The notes under the pieces are model-generated. The model saw only the letters and a program-made list of their open reading frames with translations, ran no database searches and was not told the DNA's origin. From NCBI RefSeq assembly GCF_001457595.1, contig NZ_LN831039.1, positions 2,640,001-2,672,000 on the forward strand: a stretch of 32,000 nucleotides of DNA. The letters run 5' to 3'. Below are positions 1 through 8,849 of the stretch, one piece after another; within the stretch, counting starts at the first letter, position 1, and each line of letters begins with the position of its first letter. This DNA is from Mycolicibacterium smegmatis (GTDB lineage Bacteria > Actinomycetota > Actinomycetes > Mycobacteriales > Mycobacteriaceae). The position numbers and the translations under genes are program-made.

Positions 1-925
1 GAGCGTCATCAAACCCGCCCACCAGACCCCGCTGTCGATGCTGGCGCTCATGGACATCCTCTCGGAGGTCGGCGTGCCCGCCGGCGCCGTCAACTGTGTC
101 ACCGCCATGGACGCCGGCGGCGTGATGGAACCTCTCGTCAGGTCCGGTCTGGCGCGCAAGCTCTCGTTCACCGGGTCCACCAAGGTGGGGCGCATGCTGC
201 TGGAGCAGTGCGCCGAGAAGATCCTGCGCACCTCTCTGGAACTCGGCGGCAACGCACCGCTGATCGTGTTCGAGGACGCCGATCTCGACGAGGCCGTCGA
301 GGGCGCGATCCTCGCCAAGATGCGCAACATGGGGGAGGCCTGCACGGCCGCCAACCGGCTGTTCGTGCACTCGTCGGTGATCGACGAGTTCGGCAGGCGC
401 CTCGCCGAGCGCATGGCGGAGATGCCCGTCGGGCGCGGTACCGAGGACGGTGTGCGGGTGGGGCCGCTGATCGACGAGGCCGCACTGCAGAAGGTCACGT
501 CGCTGGTCGACGACGCGGTCAAGCGTGGCGCCACCGTGCTGACCGGTGGCTCGGCGCCGTCGGGTCCCGGGTTCTTCTATCCGCCGACGGTGCTCAGCGG
601 TGTGCCGCGCGACGCGGAGATGGTGGGCCAGGAGATCTTCGGGCCGGTCGCGCCGCTGACGCCGTTCGATACCGAGGAAGAGGCCGTGGCCGCCGCCAAC
701 GACACCGAATACGGGCTCGTCTCTTACGTTTTCACCAATGACCTGCGTCGCGCGCTGCGCGTCGCGGAGGCACTCGAAACCGGCATGGTCGGGCTCAACC
801 AGGGCATCGTCTCCAACCCCGCGGCGCCGTTCGGCGGCATCAAGGAATCCGGCCTCGGACGGGAAGGCGGCGCGGTCGGTATCGACGAGTTCCTGGAGAC
901 CAAGTACGTCGGTATCAAGATGTGA
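1..925 (+). CDS. NAD(P)-dependent aldehyde dehydrogenase, succinate-semialdehyde dehydrogenase-like (5' truncated by window edge)
   Basis: Frame open from base 2 (SVIKPAHQTPLSMLALMDIL...) through 925; ALDH motifs FTGSTKVGRMLLEQC, LELGGNAPLIVFEDADLD, GEACTAANRLFVHSS (catalytic Cys), EIFGPVAPLTPF, PFGGIKESGLGREGG. Confidence 0.93.
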   Translation, partial: SVIKPAHQTPLSMLALMDILSEVGVPAGAVNCVTAMDAGGVMEPLVRSGLARKLSFTGSTKVGRMLLEQCAEKILRTSLELGGNAPLIVFEDADLDEAVEGAILAKMRNMGEACTAANRLFVHSSVIDEFGRRLAERMAEMPVGRGTEDGVRVGPLIDEAALQKVTSLVDDAVKRGATVLTGGSAPSGPGFFYPPTVLSGVPRDAEMVGQEIFGPVAPLTPFDTEEEAVAAANDTEYGLVSYVFTNDLRRALRVAEALETGMVGLNQGIVSNPAAPFGGIKESGLGREGGAVGIDEFLETKYVGIKM

Positions 926-940
926 GGTGGGGCGGCGGCG

Positions 941-1663
941 TCACCCCTTGCCGCCGCCATCACTGTTGCCCTTGCGCTTGCCCTTTCCCTTGCCACTGCC
1001 GTCGCCGTTGCCGTTGCCATCCGGCGGGATCAGCCGGTTGAGCGCGTCGTCCATGTGGGCGATCAGCAGTTCGTCGGTGAGCTCGCGGTCACCGGCCTTG
1101 ATCGCGGCGGCGATGGCGCGGTGCTCCTCGCTGCGGAAGTCCGAGACCGAGTAGGACTCGTCGAGTGCGTGGATGCACATCTGGGTCTCGGTGATGAACG
1201 TCTGGTGCATGCGGCTGAGGCGCGGGCTGTCGGACAGTTCCACCAGGCGGATGTGGAATCTGATGTCCACCTCGCTGTTCTCGGCCGGGGTACGCGCCTT
1301 CGTCATCTGCTCGACGATCTCCAGCAGCGCGTCGCCCGCCGCGACGTGGTCACCGCGCAGGATCTTGGCGGCCGCCGCGCGCTCGATGGCCTCGCGGGCC
1401 AGGTACATGTCGCACACCTCGTCGGGCGTCATCTCGATGACGAACAGGCCGCGGTGACGGATCGACACCAGCAGCCCCTCCTGCGTGAGCCGCTGCATGC
1501 CCTCACGCAGCGGTCCGCGGCTCACGCCGAGTTTCTGTGCCAGTGCGGCCTCACTGAGCTGTTGGCCAGGCTTGAACTCGCGGGCACCGATCGCCTGCCG
1601 CAGCTTGTCGGCGATCAGGCTCGGCGTCGACTGCTGCTCGAGCGGCTCGAGATAGCTCGTCAT
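941..1663 (-). CDS. GntR-family (FadR/FCD subfamily) transcriptional regulator with low-complexity Gly/Lys/Asn C-terminal tail
   Basis: 240 aa; N-terminal wHTH (IADKLRQAIGAREFKPGQQLSEAALAQKLGVSRGPLREGMQRLTQEGLL) plus FCD-type C-terminal domain (AREAIERAAA...FHIRLVELS...EHRAIAAAIKAGD). Overlaps the next gene by 4 nt. Confidence 0.92.
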   Translation of the reverse strand: MTSYLEPLEQQSTPSLIADKLRQAIGAREFKPGQQLSEAALAQKLGVSRGPLREGMQRLTQEGLLVSIRHRGLFVIEMTPDEVCDMYLAREAIERAAAAKILRGDHVAAGDALLEIVEQMTKARTPAENSEVDIRFHIRLVELSDSPRLSRMHQTFITETQMCIHALDESYSVSDFRSEEHRAIAAAIKAGDRELTDELLIAHMDDALNRLIPPDGNGNGDGSGKGKGKRKGNSDGGGKG

Positions 1664-2382
1664 TGCCGGCCCCCTTCGAACAGGGTGCCCAATCCGGGCA
1701 GGACAGGCACCGGCCCCAGCAGTTCCATGCCCTTCCAGATCGTCACCTGGTTGGCGGTGAGAACGGGCTTGCCGACCGCGGTCTCCAGATCCTCGATGAT
1801 CGCCAGGGTGTGCATCGCGGTGTCGGGGACCAGCACCGCATCGGCCTCAGGGTGGTCCGCGGCCTTGACCATCGCGATCACGTCGTCGCGCTCCAGTGTG
1901 CCGACCTCGGCGGCCGTGATGATCCCGTGGCTGCCCATGGTCACCACCTCGATGCCGCCCGCCCGCAGGAATTCGACGAAGTGCTGCGCGACGTCCTCGG
2001 GATACGACGCGGCCACCGCGACCCGGCGGATGCCGAGGTGTTTCGCGGCGTCGACGAACGCGAGCGAGGTCGACGACGCGGGCACACCGGACGCGGCCGC
2101 GACTCCGGCCGCCTGCTCGCGGGCGCCCTCAGGACCGAACACGAAACTGCCCGACGTGCACGCCCACATCACCGCGTCGGGCTTCTCGGCTGCGAGTTGC
2201 GCCGCGCCGTCGGCGAGACGTTCGCTGCGTCCCAGGTCGAGCAGCGCGTCGACCCGGTGGGCGTCTTCGCCGACCGAGGTGATCACCACGGGGAGTCGGA
2301 CCGTTCCGCCTACTCGAGACTCCAGTGCCGGAAAATCGTCTTCGGCGCTGTGGCCGGGGTAGAGGAGGCCGACTGTGACCAT
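1660..2382 (-). CDS. Asp/Glu racemase superfamily protein, maleate cis-trans isomerase / EutA-like (paralogue 1)
   Basis: 240 aa; MVTVGLLYPGHSAEDDFP..., first catalytic motif WACTSGSFVFG, C-terminal GKPVLTANQVTIW. The second-Cys position reads VPDTAMHT. AAGGAG Shine-Dalgarno upstream on the minus strand. Confidence 0.85.
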   Translation of the reverse strand: MVTVGLLYPGHSAEDDFPALESRVGGTVRLPVVITSVGEDAHRVDALLDLGRSERLADGAAQLAAEKPDAVMWACTSGSFVFGPEGAREQAAGVAAASGVPASSTSLAFVDAAKHLGIRRVAVAASYPEDVAQHFVEFLRAGGIEVVTMGSHGIITAAEVGTLERDDVIAMVKAADHPEADAVLVPDTAMHTLAIIEDLETAVGKPVLTANQVTIWKGMELLGPVPVLPGLGTLFEGGRQ

Positions 2383-2437
2383 GCTTTCTCCTTGATCCCT
2401 CGAGGCTCACCCGAGACACGCTCGGGCGAATTGATAG

Positions 2438-2449
2438 ATTGTCGACAAT
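2438..2449. promoter_or_regulatory. Perfect 12-bp palindrome ATTGTCGACAAT, candidate GntR/FCD operator overlapping the ATG at 2448
   Basis: Sequence is its own reverse complement and fits the GT-N(0-2)-AC core of FCD-type GntR operators. A near-identical site is at 9607-9618. Confidence 0.6.
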
Positions 2450-5306
2450 GATAACCTCCGCCTCCTACGACGTGCGCAGTCTGGCCCGAGCCTTGGCAGC
2501 CGAACTGCGGGGCACGGTCGGACCCGACACCCGAAGCCGTGCCCTGTATGCCGCCGACGCGTCGAACTATCGCGCCGTGCCCGATCTCGTCGTCGTCCCC
2601 GCGGACGCCGAGGACCTCGCGACCGCCGTCACGCTGGTCGCCGCCGCGGGCGCCCCGGTGACCATGCGCGGCGCCGGAACGTCGATGGCGGGCAACGCGA
2701 TCGGCGGTGTGGTGATCGACGCGTCGCGACACGTCAACCGCATCCTCGACATCGACGCCGAAACCCGCACGGCGATCGTCGAACCGGGCGTGGTGCTCAC
2801 CGACCTGCTCGCGGCGGCCGCTCCGCACGGGCTCACGTTCGGCGCCGACCCCTCGTCGGCGAGCCGGGCGACCCTCGGCGGGATGATCGCCAACAACGCG
2901 TGCGGCGCGCATTCGGTGGCCTGGGGGACCACTGCCGACAATGTGCGGTCGCTGGACATCCTCCTGCCCGACGGGACGCGCTGCACGGTCGAATCCGTCG
3001 GCGACCGCGCCGAACTCGCCGCGCGGCCCGGGCGCGAAGGTGACCTGCACCGCCGCCTGCAGAGCTTCGCCGACCGCAACGAACTGGTGATCCGCAGGCG
3101 CTTCGGGCAGTTCACCCGGCAGATCTCGGGGTACGCGCTGCACCGGTTGCTGCCGGAGAACGGATACGACGTCGCGGGGTTGTTGTGCGGTAGCGAGGGC
3201 GGTTTCGCCGCGACCCTGCGGGCCACGGTCGCGCTGACCCCGCTGCCGGCCGCGAAAGTGTTGTGCGTGCTCGGTTTCGCCGATTCGGTCACCGCGGCCG
3301 AGTGTGTCCCGGTGGTGCTGCGGCACGAACCGCTCACGATGGAATCGATCAACATCGACCTCGTCGAACGCCTACCTGCCGAAGTGCGCACGGCCGCAAC
3401 CGAAGCCGGGCTGCCGCCGGGGCGGGCGTGGCTCCTGGTGGAGATGGGCGGTGCCGACCGCGCGTCGGCGGCCGTGGCGGCCGAGAAAATGCGCGAAGAA
3501 CTCCGTGACTCGGGGTCGCCTGCCACGTCGTCGCTGGTCACCGAACCGGCCGCGCAGCGCGTGCTGTGGCGGTGCCGCACCGACGCGGCAGGCCTCGCGA
3601 CCCGCCGGGCCGACGGTGCCGAGGCGTGGGGCGGGTGGGAGGACGCCGCCGTCCCACCGCAGCGCCTCGGTGACTACCTGCGCGGACTCGACGACCTGCT
3701 CGGCCGCCACGGACTCTCGGGTGCCTCCTACGGGCACTTCGGCGAGGGCTGCATGCACATGCGCATCGACTTCGACCTGCTCAGCTCGGCCGGACTCGCG
3801 ACCTACCGTGAGTTCGTCGAACAGGCCACCGATCTGGTGGTGACGCTCGGCGGCTCGGTGTCCGGTGAACACGGCGACGGGCGGGCACGTTCGGCGTTGC
3901 TCGGCCGCATGTACGGCGACGACGGTGTGGCGCTGCTGGCCGAGATGAAGGACATCTGGGATCCCGGCCGGGTGATGAATCCCGGCGTCATCGTCGACCC
4001 ACCCGCGGTCAACGCAGGTATCCGGCACGACGGACCCGCCAAGGACCGCAAGCTGCTCACCTTGTTCAGCTACGCCGACGACGATCACGACTTCGCGCAG
4101 GCGCAACGCCGGTGCGTGGGAATCGGTAAGTGCCGTCAGCATTCCGGCGGTGTGATGTGTCCGAGCTATCAGGTCACGCGCGAGGAACTGCATTCGACGC
4201 GTGGACGGGCGCGCCTGCTGTGGGAGATGCTGCAGGGCGACGTGGTCGCAGACGGCTGGCGTTCGACCGAGGTGCGTGACGCACTCGATCTGTGCCTGTC
4301 GTGCAAGGGCTGCCTGTCCGACTGCCCGGTCAACGTCGACATGGCCACGTACAAGGCGGAATTCACCCACCACCACTACGCGCGGCGCCCGTGGGCCCGC
4401 CCGCTGTCGCACTGGTCGATGGGCTGGCTGCCGCTCTCGGCGCGTATCGCGGCCAAGGCACCGCGCCTGGTCAACAGGCTCGCACGGCTCCCGCTGACCA
4501 AGCGACTCGGCGGGATCGCGCCGGAACGCGAGGTCCCGGCGTTCGCCGAGCAGTCGTTCACCGAATGGTTCACCGGCCGCACGCCGGTCACCGGTGGCGC
4601 GAAGGGGCCCGTCCTGCTGTGGCCCGACACCTTCACCAATTACCTTGCCCCTGAGGTGGGCCGCGCGGCCGTCGAGGTGCTGGAGGCCGCCGGATACGAC
4701 GTGGTGCTGCCGGACAAGCCGGTGTGCTGCGGGTTGACCTGGATCTCCACCGGCCAGCTGAGCACCGCGAAGAAGGTGCTCGAGCGCACGCTGGCCGCCG
4801 TCGCACCACAGGTGGCCGCCGGCATGCCGGTCGTCGGGCTGGAGCCCAGTTGCCTTGCGGCGCTGCGTCACGACGCGCCCGCGTTGCTGCCCGGGAACCC
4901 CGTGGTGCAGGCCGTGGCCGACGCGACCCACACGTTCGCGCAGTTCCTGTCGGACTGGGAGCCACCGCACGTCGGCGGGCAGGCGCTGGTGCAGACCCAC
5001 TGCCATCAACATGCAGTGCTCGGGTTCGACGCCGAACGGGCCATGATGGCTGCGGCCGGGATCGAGGCGACCGTACCCGATTCCGGATGTTGTGGTCTGG
5101 CAGGAAACTTCGGCTTCGAACGCGGACACTACGAGGTGTCCAAGGCCGCCGGTGAGCGGGTCCTGCTGCCCGCCGTGCGCGACGCGGCGCCGACGACGGC
5201 GATCGTCGCCGACGGGTTCAGCTGCCGCACGCAGATCGCCCAGGGCACACCACGGCGGCCCGTGCATCTCGCGCAGGTGATCGCCGCGGCGCTGCGTCGC
5301 GGTTAG
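2448..5306 (+). CDS. Fused FAD-linked oxidase / Fe-S oxidoreductase (D-2-hydroxyacid/D-2-hydroxyglutarate or glycolate dehydrogenase type, GlcD-GlcF-like)
   Basis: About 952 aa from ATG 2448 (ORF opens at TTG 2439). PCMH FAD motif (VTMRGAGTSMAGNAIGGVVIDASRHVN), C-terminal FAD-oxidase region (GSVSGEHGDGRARS), 4Fe-4S pairs (CVGIGKCRQHSGGVMCPSY; CLSCKGCLSDCP) and CCG motifs (CCGLTWIS; CCGLAGNFGFE). Confidence 0.9.
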   Translation: MITSASYDVRSLARALAAELRGTVGPDTRSRALYAADASNYRAVPDLVVVPADAEDLATAVTLVAAAGAPVTMRGAGTSMAGNAIGGVVIDASRHVNRILDIDAETRTAIVEPGVVLTDLLAAAAPHGLTFGADPSSASRATLGGMIANNACGAHSVAWGTTADNVRSLDILLPDGTRCTVESVGDRAELAARPGREGDLHRRLQSFADRNELVIRRRFGQFTRQISGYALHRLLPENGYDVAGLLCGSEGGFAATLRATVALTPLPAAKVLCVLGFADSVTAAECVPVVLRHEPLTMESINIDLVERLPAEVRTAATEAGLPPGRAWLLVEMGGADRASAAVAAEKMREELRDSGSPATSSLVTEPAAQRVLWRCRTDAAGLATRRADGAEAWGGWEDAAVPPQRLGDYLRGLDDLLGRHGLSGASYGHFGEGCMHMRIDFDLLSSAGLATYREFVEQATDLVVTLGGSVSGEHGDGRARSALLGRMYGDDGVALLAEMKDIWDPGRVMNPGVIVDPPAVNAGIRHDGPAKDRKLLTLFSYADDDHDFAQAQRRCVGIGKCRQHSGGVMCPSYQVTREELHSTRGRARLLWEMLQGDVVADGWRSTEVRDALDLCLSCKGCLSDCPVNVDMATYKAEFTHHHYARRPWARPLSHWSMGWLPLSARIAAKAPRLVNRLARLPLTKRLGGIAPEREVPAFAEQSFTEWFTGRTPVTGGAKGPVLLWPDTFTNYLAPEVGRAAVEVLEAAGYDVVLPDKPVCCGLTWISTGQLSTAKKVLERTLAAVAPQVAAGMPVVGLEPSCLAALRHDAPALLPGNPVVQAVADATHTFAQFLSDWEPPHVGGQALVQTHCHQHAVLGFDAERAMMAAAGIEATVPDSGCCGLAGNFGFERGHYEVSKAAGERVLLPAVRDAAPTTAIVADGFSCRTQIAQGTPRRPVHLAQVIAAALRRG

Positions 5307-6475
5307 CCCAACAACCGCAGCGCCGTCAGCACATACGCACGCGCCGCGACGAGAAGCTGCTCGACAGCGACGGATTCGTCGGCGCGGTGTGCCTGCTCGG
5401 TGACCGAGCCCGGGCCCAGCACCACGACGGGCACGCCGAGATCACGCGCGATGAACCCGCCGTCGCACGCGGCGGTCCAGCCCCCGACGGGCAGGCCGGG
5501 GCCGCCGGCGTCGGCGAGCGCGGACTCGGCGGTCAGCACCAGATCGGCGTCGGCGGGGGTCTGGAAAGGCGGCATCTCCATGGGCATCGACACGTCGACA
5601 CTCAGACCGCGATCGGCCAGTCCGGTGAGGCGCGTGCGCAGGCCGTCGACCACGTCCGCGCCTGATTCGCCTGGCAACAGCCTGCGGTCGGCGACCAGCA
5701 CGCACTCGTCGGGGACGATGGCGCCCGCGGTGCCGCCGTGCACCTGCCCTACGCTCCACGTCGCCGCGCCCAACAGTGGATGCGGTTGCCGCGCGAGTTC
5801 CCGGTGCAACCGCTCGATCTCCGCGATCGCCGCCGCCGCACCGTAGATCGCGTTGGCCCCGTCATCGGGATTGCCGGCGTGGCAGGCCTTTCCATGGATC
5901 TCGACGCGTACGTAGGAGGCGCCGCGGGCGCCGATGATCGTCTGCAAATCCGTGGGCTCGGCGGTGATGCAGCCCAGGTAGTTCCTGTGGACAGCGTCCA
6001 CATACGCGCGGATGCCCTTGCCGTTCTCCTCCTCGTCGACCAGCGCCGCGAGTTCCACAGGGCCGCTGAGCCCGGCCCCGCGCAGCGCCGCCATCGCGGC
6101 GAGCGCCGCGGCGAGCCCGCCCTTCATGTCCGACGTACCACGCCCGTAGATGCGGCCGTCCCGCAGAACACCGCCGAACGGGTCTGTGGTCCAACCGGTT
6201 CCGGCCGGCACGACATCGGTGTGACCGAGCATCAGCAGGCCCGGTCCGGAACCGCCGTTCAGCGTGACGCTGATGTTGTCGCGGCCCGGTTCGACCTGGG
6301 TCTCGTCGACCTCCAGATCGAGCGCCGCGGCCGCGTCGGCCAGTGTCCGGACGGTCGCTGCCTCCTCACCGGGCGGGTTCTCGCCTGCCGACCGCACCAG
6401 CGCGACGGTCAGGTCGACCATCAGCGTCTCGTCGAGACGGTCCAGCACGGCCTGCTCGTATGCCGAGATGCCCAC
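5303..6475 (-). CDS. M20-family metallopeptidase/deacylase (ArgE/DapE type)
   Basis: LMLGHTDVVPAG, GRGTSDMKGGLAAAL, DEEENGKGI, EPTDLQTIIGARG; candidate GTG start at 6475 (VGISAYEQAVLDRLDE), 4 bp after the aminotransferase stop. The ORF continues upstream to 6667 in-frame with no domain support. Confidence 0.88.
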   Translation of the reverse strand: MGISAYEQAVLDRLDETLMVDLTVALVRSAGENPPGEEAATVRTLADAAAALDLEVDETQVEPGRDNISVTLNGGSGPGLLMLGHTDVVPAGTGWTTDPFGGVLRDGRIYGRGTSDMKGGLAAALAAMAALRGAGLSGPVELAALVDEEENGKGIRAYVDAVHRNYLGCITAEPTDLQTIIGARGASYVRVEIHGKACHAGNPDDGANAIYGAAAAIAEIERLHRELARQPHPLLGAATWSVGQVHGGTAGAIVPDECVLVADRRLLPGESGADVVDGLRTRLTGLADRGLSVDVSMPMEMPPFQTPADADLVLTAESALADAGGPGLPVGGWTAACDGGFIARDLGVPVVVLGPGSVTEQAHRADESVAVEQLLVAARAYVLTALRLLG

Positions 6476-6479
6476 GGGT

Positions 6480-7679
6480 TCAGGGCCTGAGCTTCTCGAC
6501 CGCCCGGCGCAGCCGCGCGATGCCCTCACGGATCCGCTCGGGTGGCGTCGACGCGAAACACAGGCGCAGCGCGTTGGCGAACCGGCCGGACGGTGAGAAC
6601 GCCGCACCGGGGATGTACGCGACACCCTCGGCGAGGGCGACATCGAACAGGGCGGTCGCATCGACATCCCCGTCGAGGGTGACCCACAGGAAGAAGCCGC
6701 CGTCAGGGTCGGTCCACCGCGCGATGCCGCCGAAGTGCTCGTGCAACGCCGCGTGCATGGCCTCCTTGCGGCGCCTGTACTCGGCCCGCTGCGTCACCAG
6801 GTGGTCCGCGAGGTGCCCGCCGGTGAGGAAACCCGCGAGCAGGCGCTGCGCGGGAAGGTTGGTGCACGTGTCCATGGCCTGTTTGGCGTTGATCAGCAGC
6901 GGTTGCAGTTCGGGGTCGGTGTCCACCCATCCCACGCGCAGGCCCGGTGCGACGATCTTCGAGAACGTCCGCACCGAGAACACCAGCGGGTCACCGCCGC
7001 CCAGTTCGCGCAGCGTCGGCAGCGGATCGCCCGCGAACCGCAGCAGCCCGTAGGGATCGTCGTCGAGGATCATCGACCCCCAGTCGCGCGCCAGCTCGAG
7101 CAGGCGCAGTCTGCGCTCAAGCGACATCGTCACGCCCGACGGGTTCTGGAACGTCGGAATCGTGTAGATGGCCTTGGGTTTGCGGCCCGCGTCGGCGACC
7201 AGCCGCTCCAGCGCGTCGACGTCCATACCCTCGTCGTCGACCGGCACCTCCAGCAGCGTGGCGCCGTAGGACAGCGCGGTCGCGCTGCCGTTGGTGTACG
7301 TGGGGGATTCGACCGTGACCAGATCACCGGGGTCGACGAAGATCTTGCAGAACAGGTCGAGGCCCTGCATGCCGCCCGCCGTGATGGTCAAGCGCTCGGC
7401 GGTCGTCTCGTCGCTGGTGCCTCGCAGCATGTCCAGCAGCGCGGCGTGCAGCGGCGGGTCACCTTCGGTGGCCGCGTAGTCGTAGGCGTCGGGTCTGCTG
7501 AGTTGATGAGCGGCGATACCGGCCAGGATCTCCGACGGGACGGCCTCGGCTGCGGGACTGCCCATCGCGAACCGCACGATGTCGTGGGTCTGCTTGTGCA
7601 GCAACGAGGTACTGGAATCGATCACCGAGCCGACCAAACCGGCGGCGCGGGTGGCGTAGGGGAGTGTGGACGACCTCAT
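6480..7679 (-). CDS. PLP-dependent aminotransferase, fold type I (2-aminoadipate-transaminase/MocR-like class I/II)
   Basis: ITAGGMQGLDLFCKIFVDPGDLVTVESPTY, IPTFQNPSGVTMS, ILDDDPYGLLRF, FSVRTFSKIVAPGLRVGWV (PLP lysine context). Confidence 0.9.
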   Translation of the reverse strand: MRSSTLPYATRAAGLVGSVIDSSTSLLHKQTHDIVRFAMGSPAAEAVPSEILAGIAAHQLSRPDAYDYAATEGDPPLHAALLDMLRGTSDETTAERLTITAGGMQGLDLFCKIFVDPGDLVTVESPTYTNGSATALSYGATLLEVPVDDEGMDVDALERLVADAGRKPKAIYTIPTFQNPSGVTMSLERRLRLLELARDWGSMILDDDPYGLLRFAGDPLPTLRELGGGDPLVFSVRTFSKIVAPGLRVGWVDTDPELQPLLINAKQAMDTCTNLPAQRLLAGFLTGGHLADHLVTQRAEYRRRKEAMHAALHEHFGGIARWTDPDGGFFLWVTLDGDVDATALFDVALAEGVAYIPGAAFSPSGRFANALRLCFASTPPERIREGIARLRRAVEKLRP

Positions 7680-7682
7680 CGG

Positions 7683-8849
7683 TCACCTCCTGATCGTGAG
7701 TTCGTGTGGCAGGTTCGTCAGGCGCTCGAACCCGGTGGGGGTGACCACGATCGGCTCGGACAGTTCGTAGCCCCAGCCGTCCATCCACATTCCGAGGATG
7801 ACGTGGAACGCCATGCCCGCGGCGAGTTCGGCGGTGTCCTCGCGACGCAGGCTGACCGTGCGCTCGCCCCAGTCGGGTGGGAACCCGATGCCGATCGAGT
7901 AACCGAGCCGAGAATCCTTCCGCAGCCCGTGCGGCCGGATCACGTCGTCGAACGCGCGGTGTACGGAAGCGCCCGTGGCGCCGGGCCGGATCGCCTCGAG
8001 CGTCGCCTGCATGGCCTCGGCGGTGATCTTCGCGGTCTCGGCCAGGCGTTGCGGCGGCTCACCGAGCATGACGGTCCGGGCAAGGGGTGCGTGGTAACGG
8101 CCGTGGACCCCGGCCAGTTCGATCGTGGTGGCCTCGCCGTCGAGGAACGGCTGGTCGGTCCAGGTGCAGTGGGGCGTCCCGGCCGCGTCACCGGTCGGAA
8201 GCATCGGCACGATCGCCGGGAAGTCGCCGCCGTGCCCGTCCACGCCGATGGTCTGTGCGGTGAGGATGTCGGCGACGAGGTCACATTGCCTGCGGCCCGG
8301 CTCGATTCGTTCACACGCGGTCCGCATGGCGTGTTCGGCGATGGCACCGGCGATCTGCAGTTGACCGATCTCGTAGGGGGACTTGACCAGCCGGACCCAG
8401 TTGACCAGTTCCCCGGCGTCGACCAGACGGTTCGCCGGAAGGCCTTCTGCGAGCGCGAAGTACGCGCGCGGGGAGAAGTAGTTGGCGTCGCCTTCGACGC
8501 CCACCGGCTCACCGGCGGGGATCAGCGACCTGACCGCCGCGGCGATCCACCTGAACGGGTGGGTGTCCGGCCGGTGCACCAGATCCTCGGGGTAGCCGTG
8601 GATGCGCTCGGCCGCGACATTGCACAGCGACGCCGCACCGGCGGCATCCATCGCCCGCAGGAACAGGTGCGGATCGCCGTCGGCGGGGACCACCAGGCAC
8701 TGCGGGGTGTAGAAGGACCACGCGGCGTAGCCGGTGAGGTAGAAGATGTTGGCCGGGTCGCACACCACGAGCGCAGACAGTGACTGTGTCCGCATGCGCT
8801 CGTGCACGCGCTGTAGGCGACCCGCGTACTCAGCCGGGTCCGCGATCAT
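7683..8849 (-). CDS. M24-family protein, ectoine hydrolase (DoeA/EutD)-like
   Basis: 388 aa from ATG 8849 (MIADPAEYAGRLQRVHERM...). Motifs characteristic of ectoine hydrolases: NIFYLTGYAAWSFYTPQCLVV, GGDFPAIVPMLPTG, GFPPDWGERTVSLRREDTAEL..GMAFHVILGMW. Start overlaps the upstream gene's stop (8846-8849). Confidence 0.75.
   Translation of the reverse strand: MIADPAEYAGRLQRVHERMRTQSLSALVVCDPANIFYLTGYAAWSFYTPQCLVVPADGDPHLFLRAMDAAGAASLCNVAAERIHGYPEDLVHRPDTHPFRWIAAAVRSLIPAGEPVGVEGDANYFSPRAYFALAEGLPANRLVDAGELVNWVRLVKSPYEIGQLQIAGAIAEHAMRTACERIEPGRRQCDLVADILTAQTIGVDGHGGDFPAIVPMLPTGDAAGTPHCTWTDQPFLDGEATTIELAGVHGRYHAPLARTVMLGEPPQRLAETAKITAEAMQATLEAIRPGATGASVHRAFDDVIRPHGLRKDSRLGYSIGIGFPPDWGERTVSLRREDTAELAAGMAFHVILGMWMDGWGYELSEPIVVTPTGFERLTNLPHELTIRR

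Noticed and set aside
3372-5267. Long minus-strand ORF (631 aa) opposite the FAD/Fe-S gene, and similar long antisense ORFs (24014-26230 minus, 6735-8783 plus, 7940-8512 minus, 9779-10633 minus)
   Set aside because: Arg/Pro/His/Gly-rich translations with no family motifs, opposite well-supported genes; typical third-position GC shadow ORFs.
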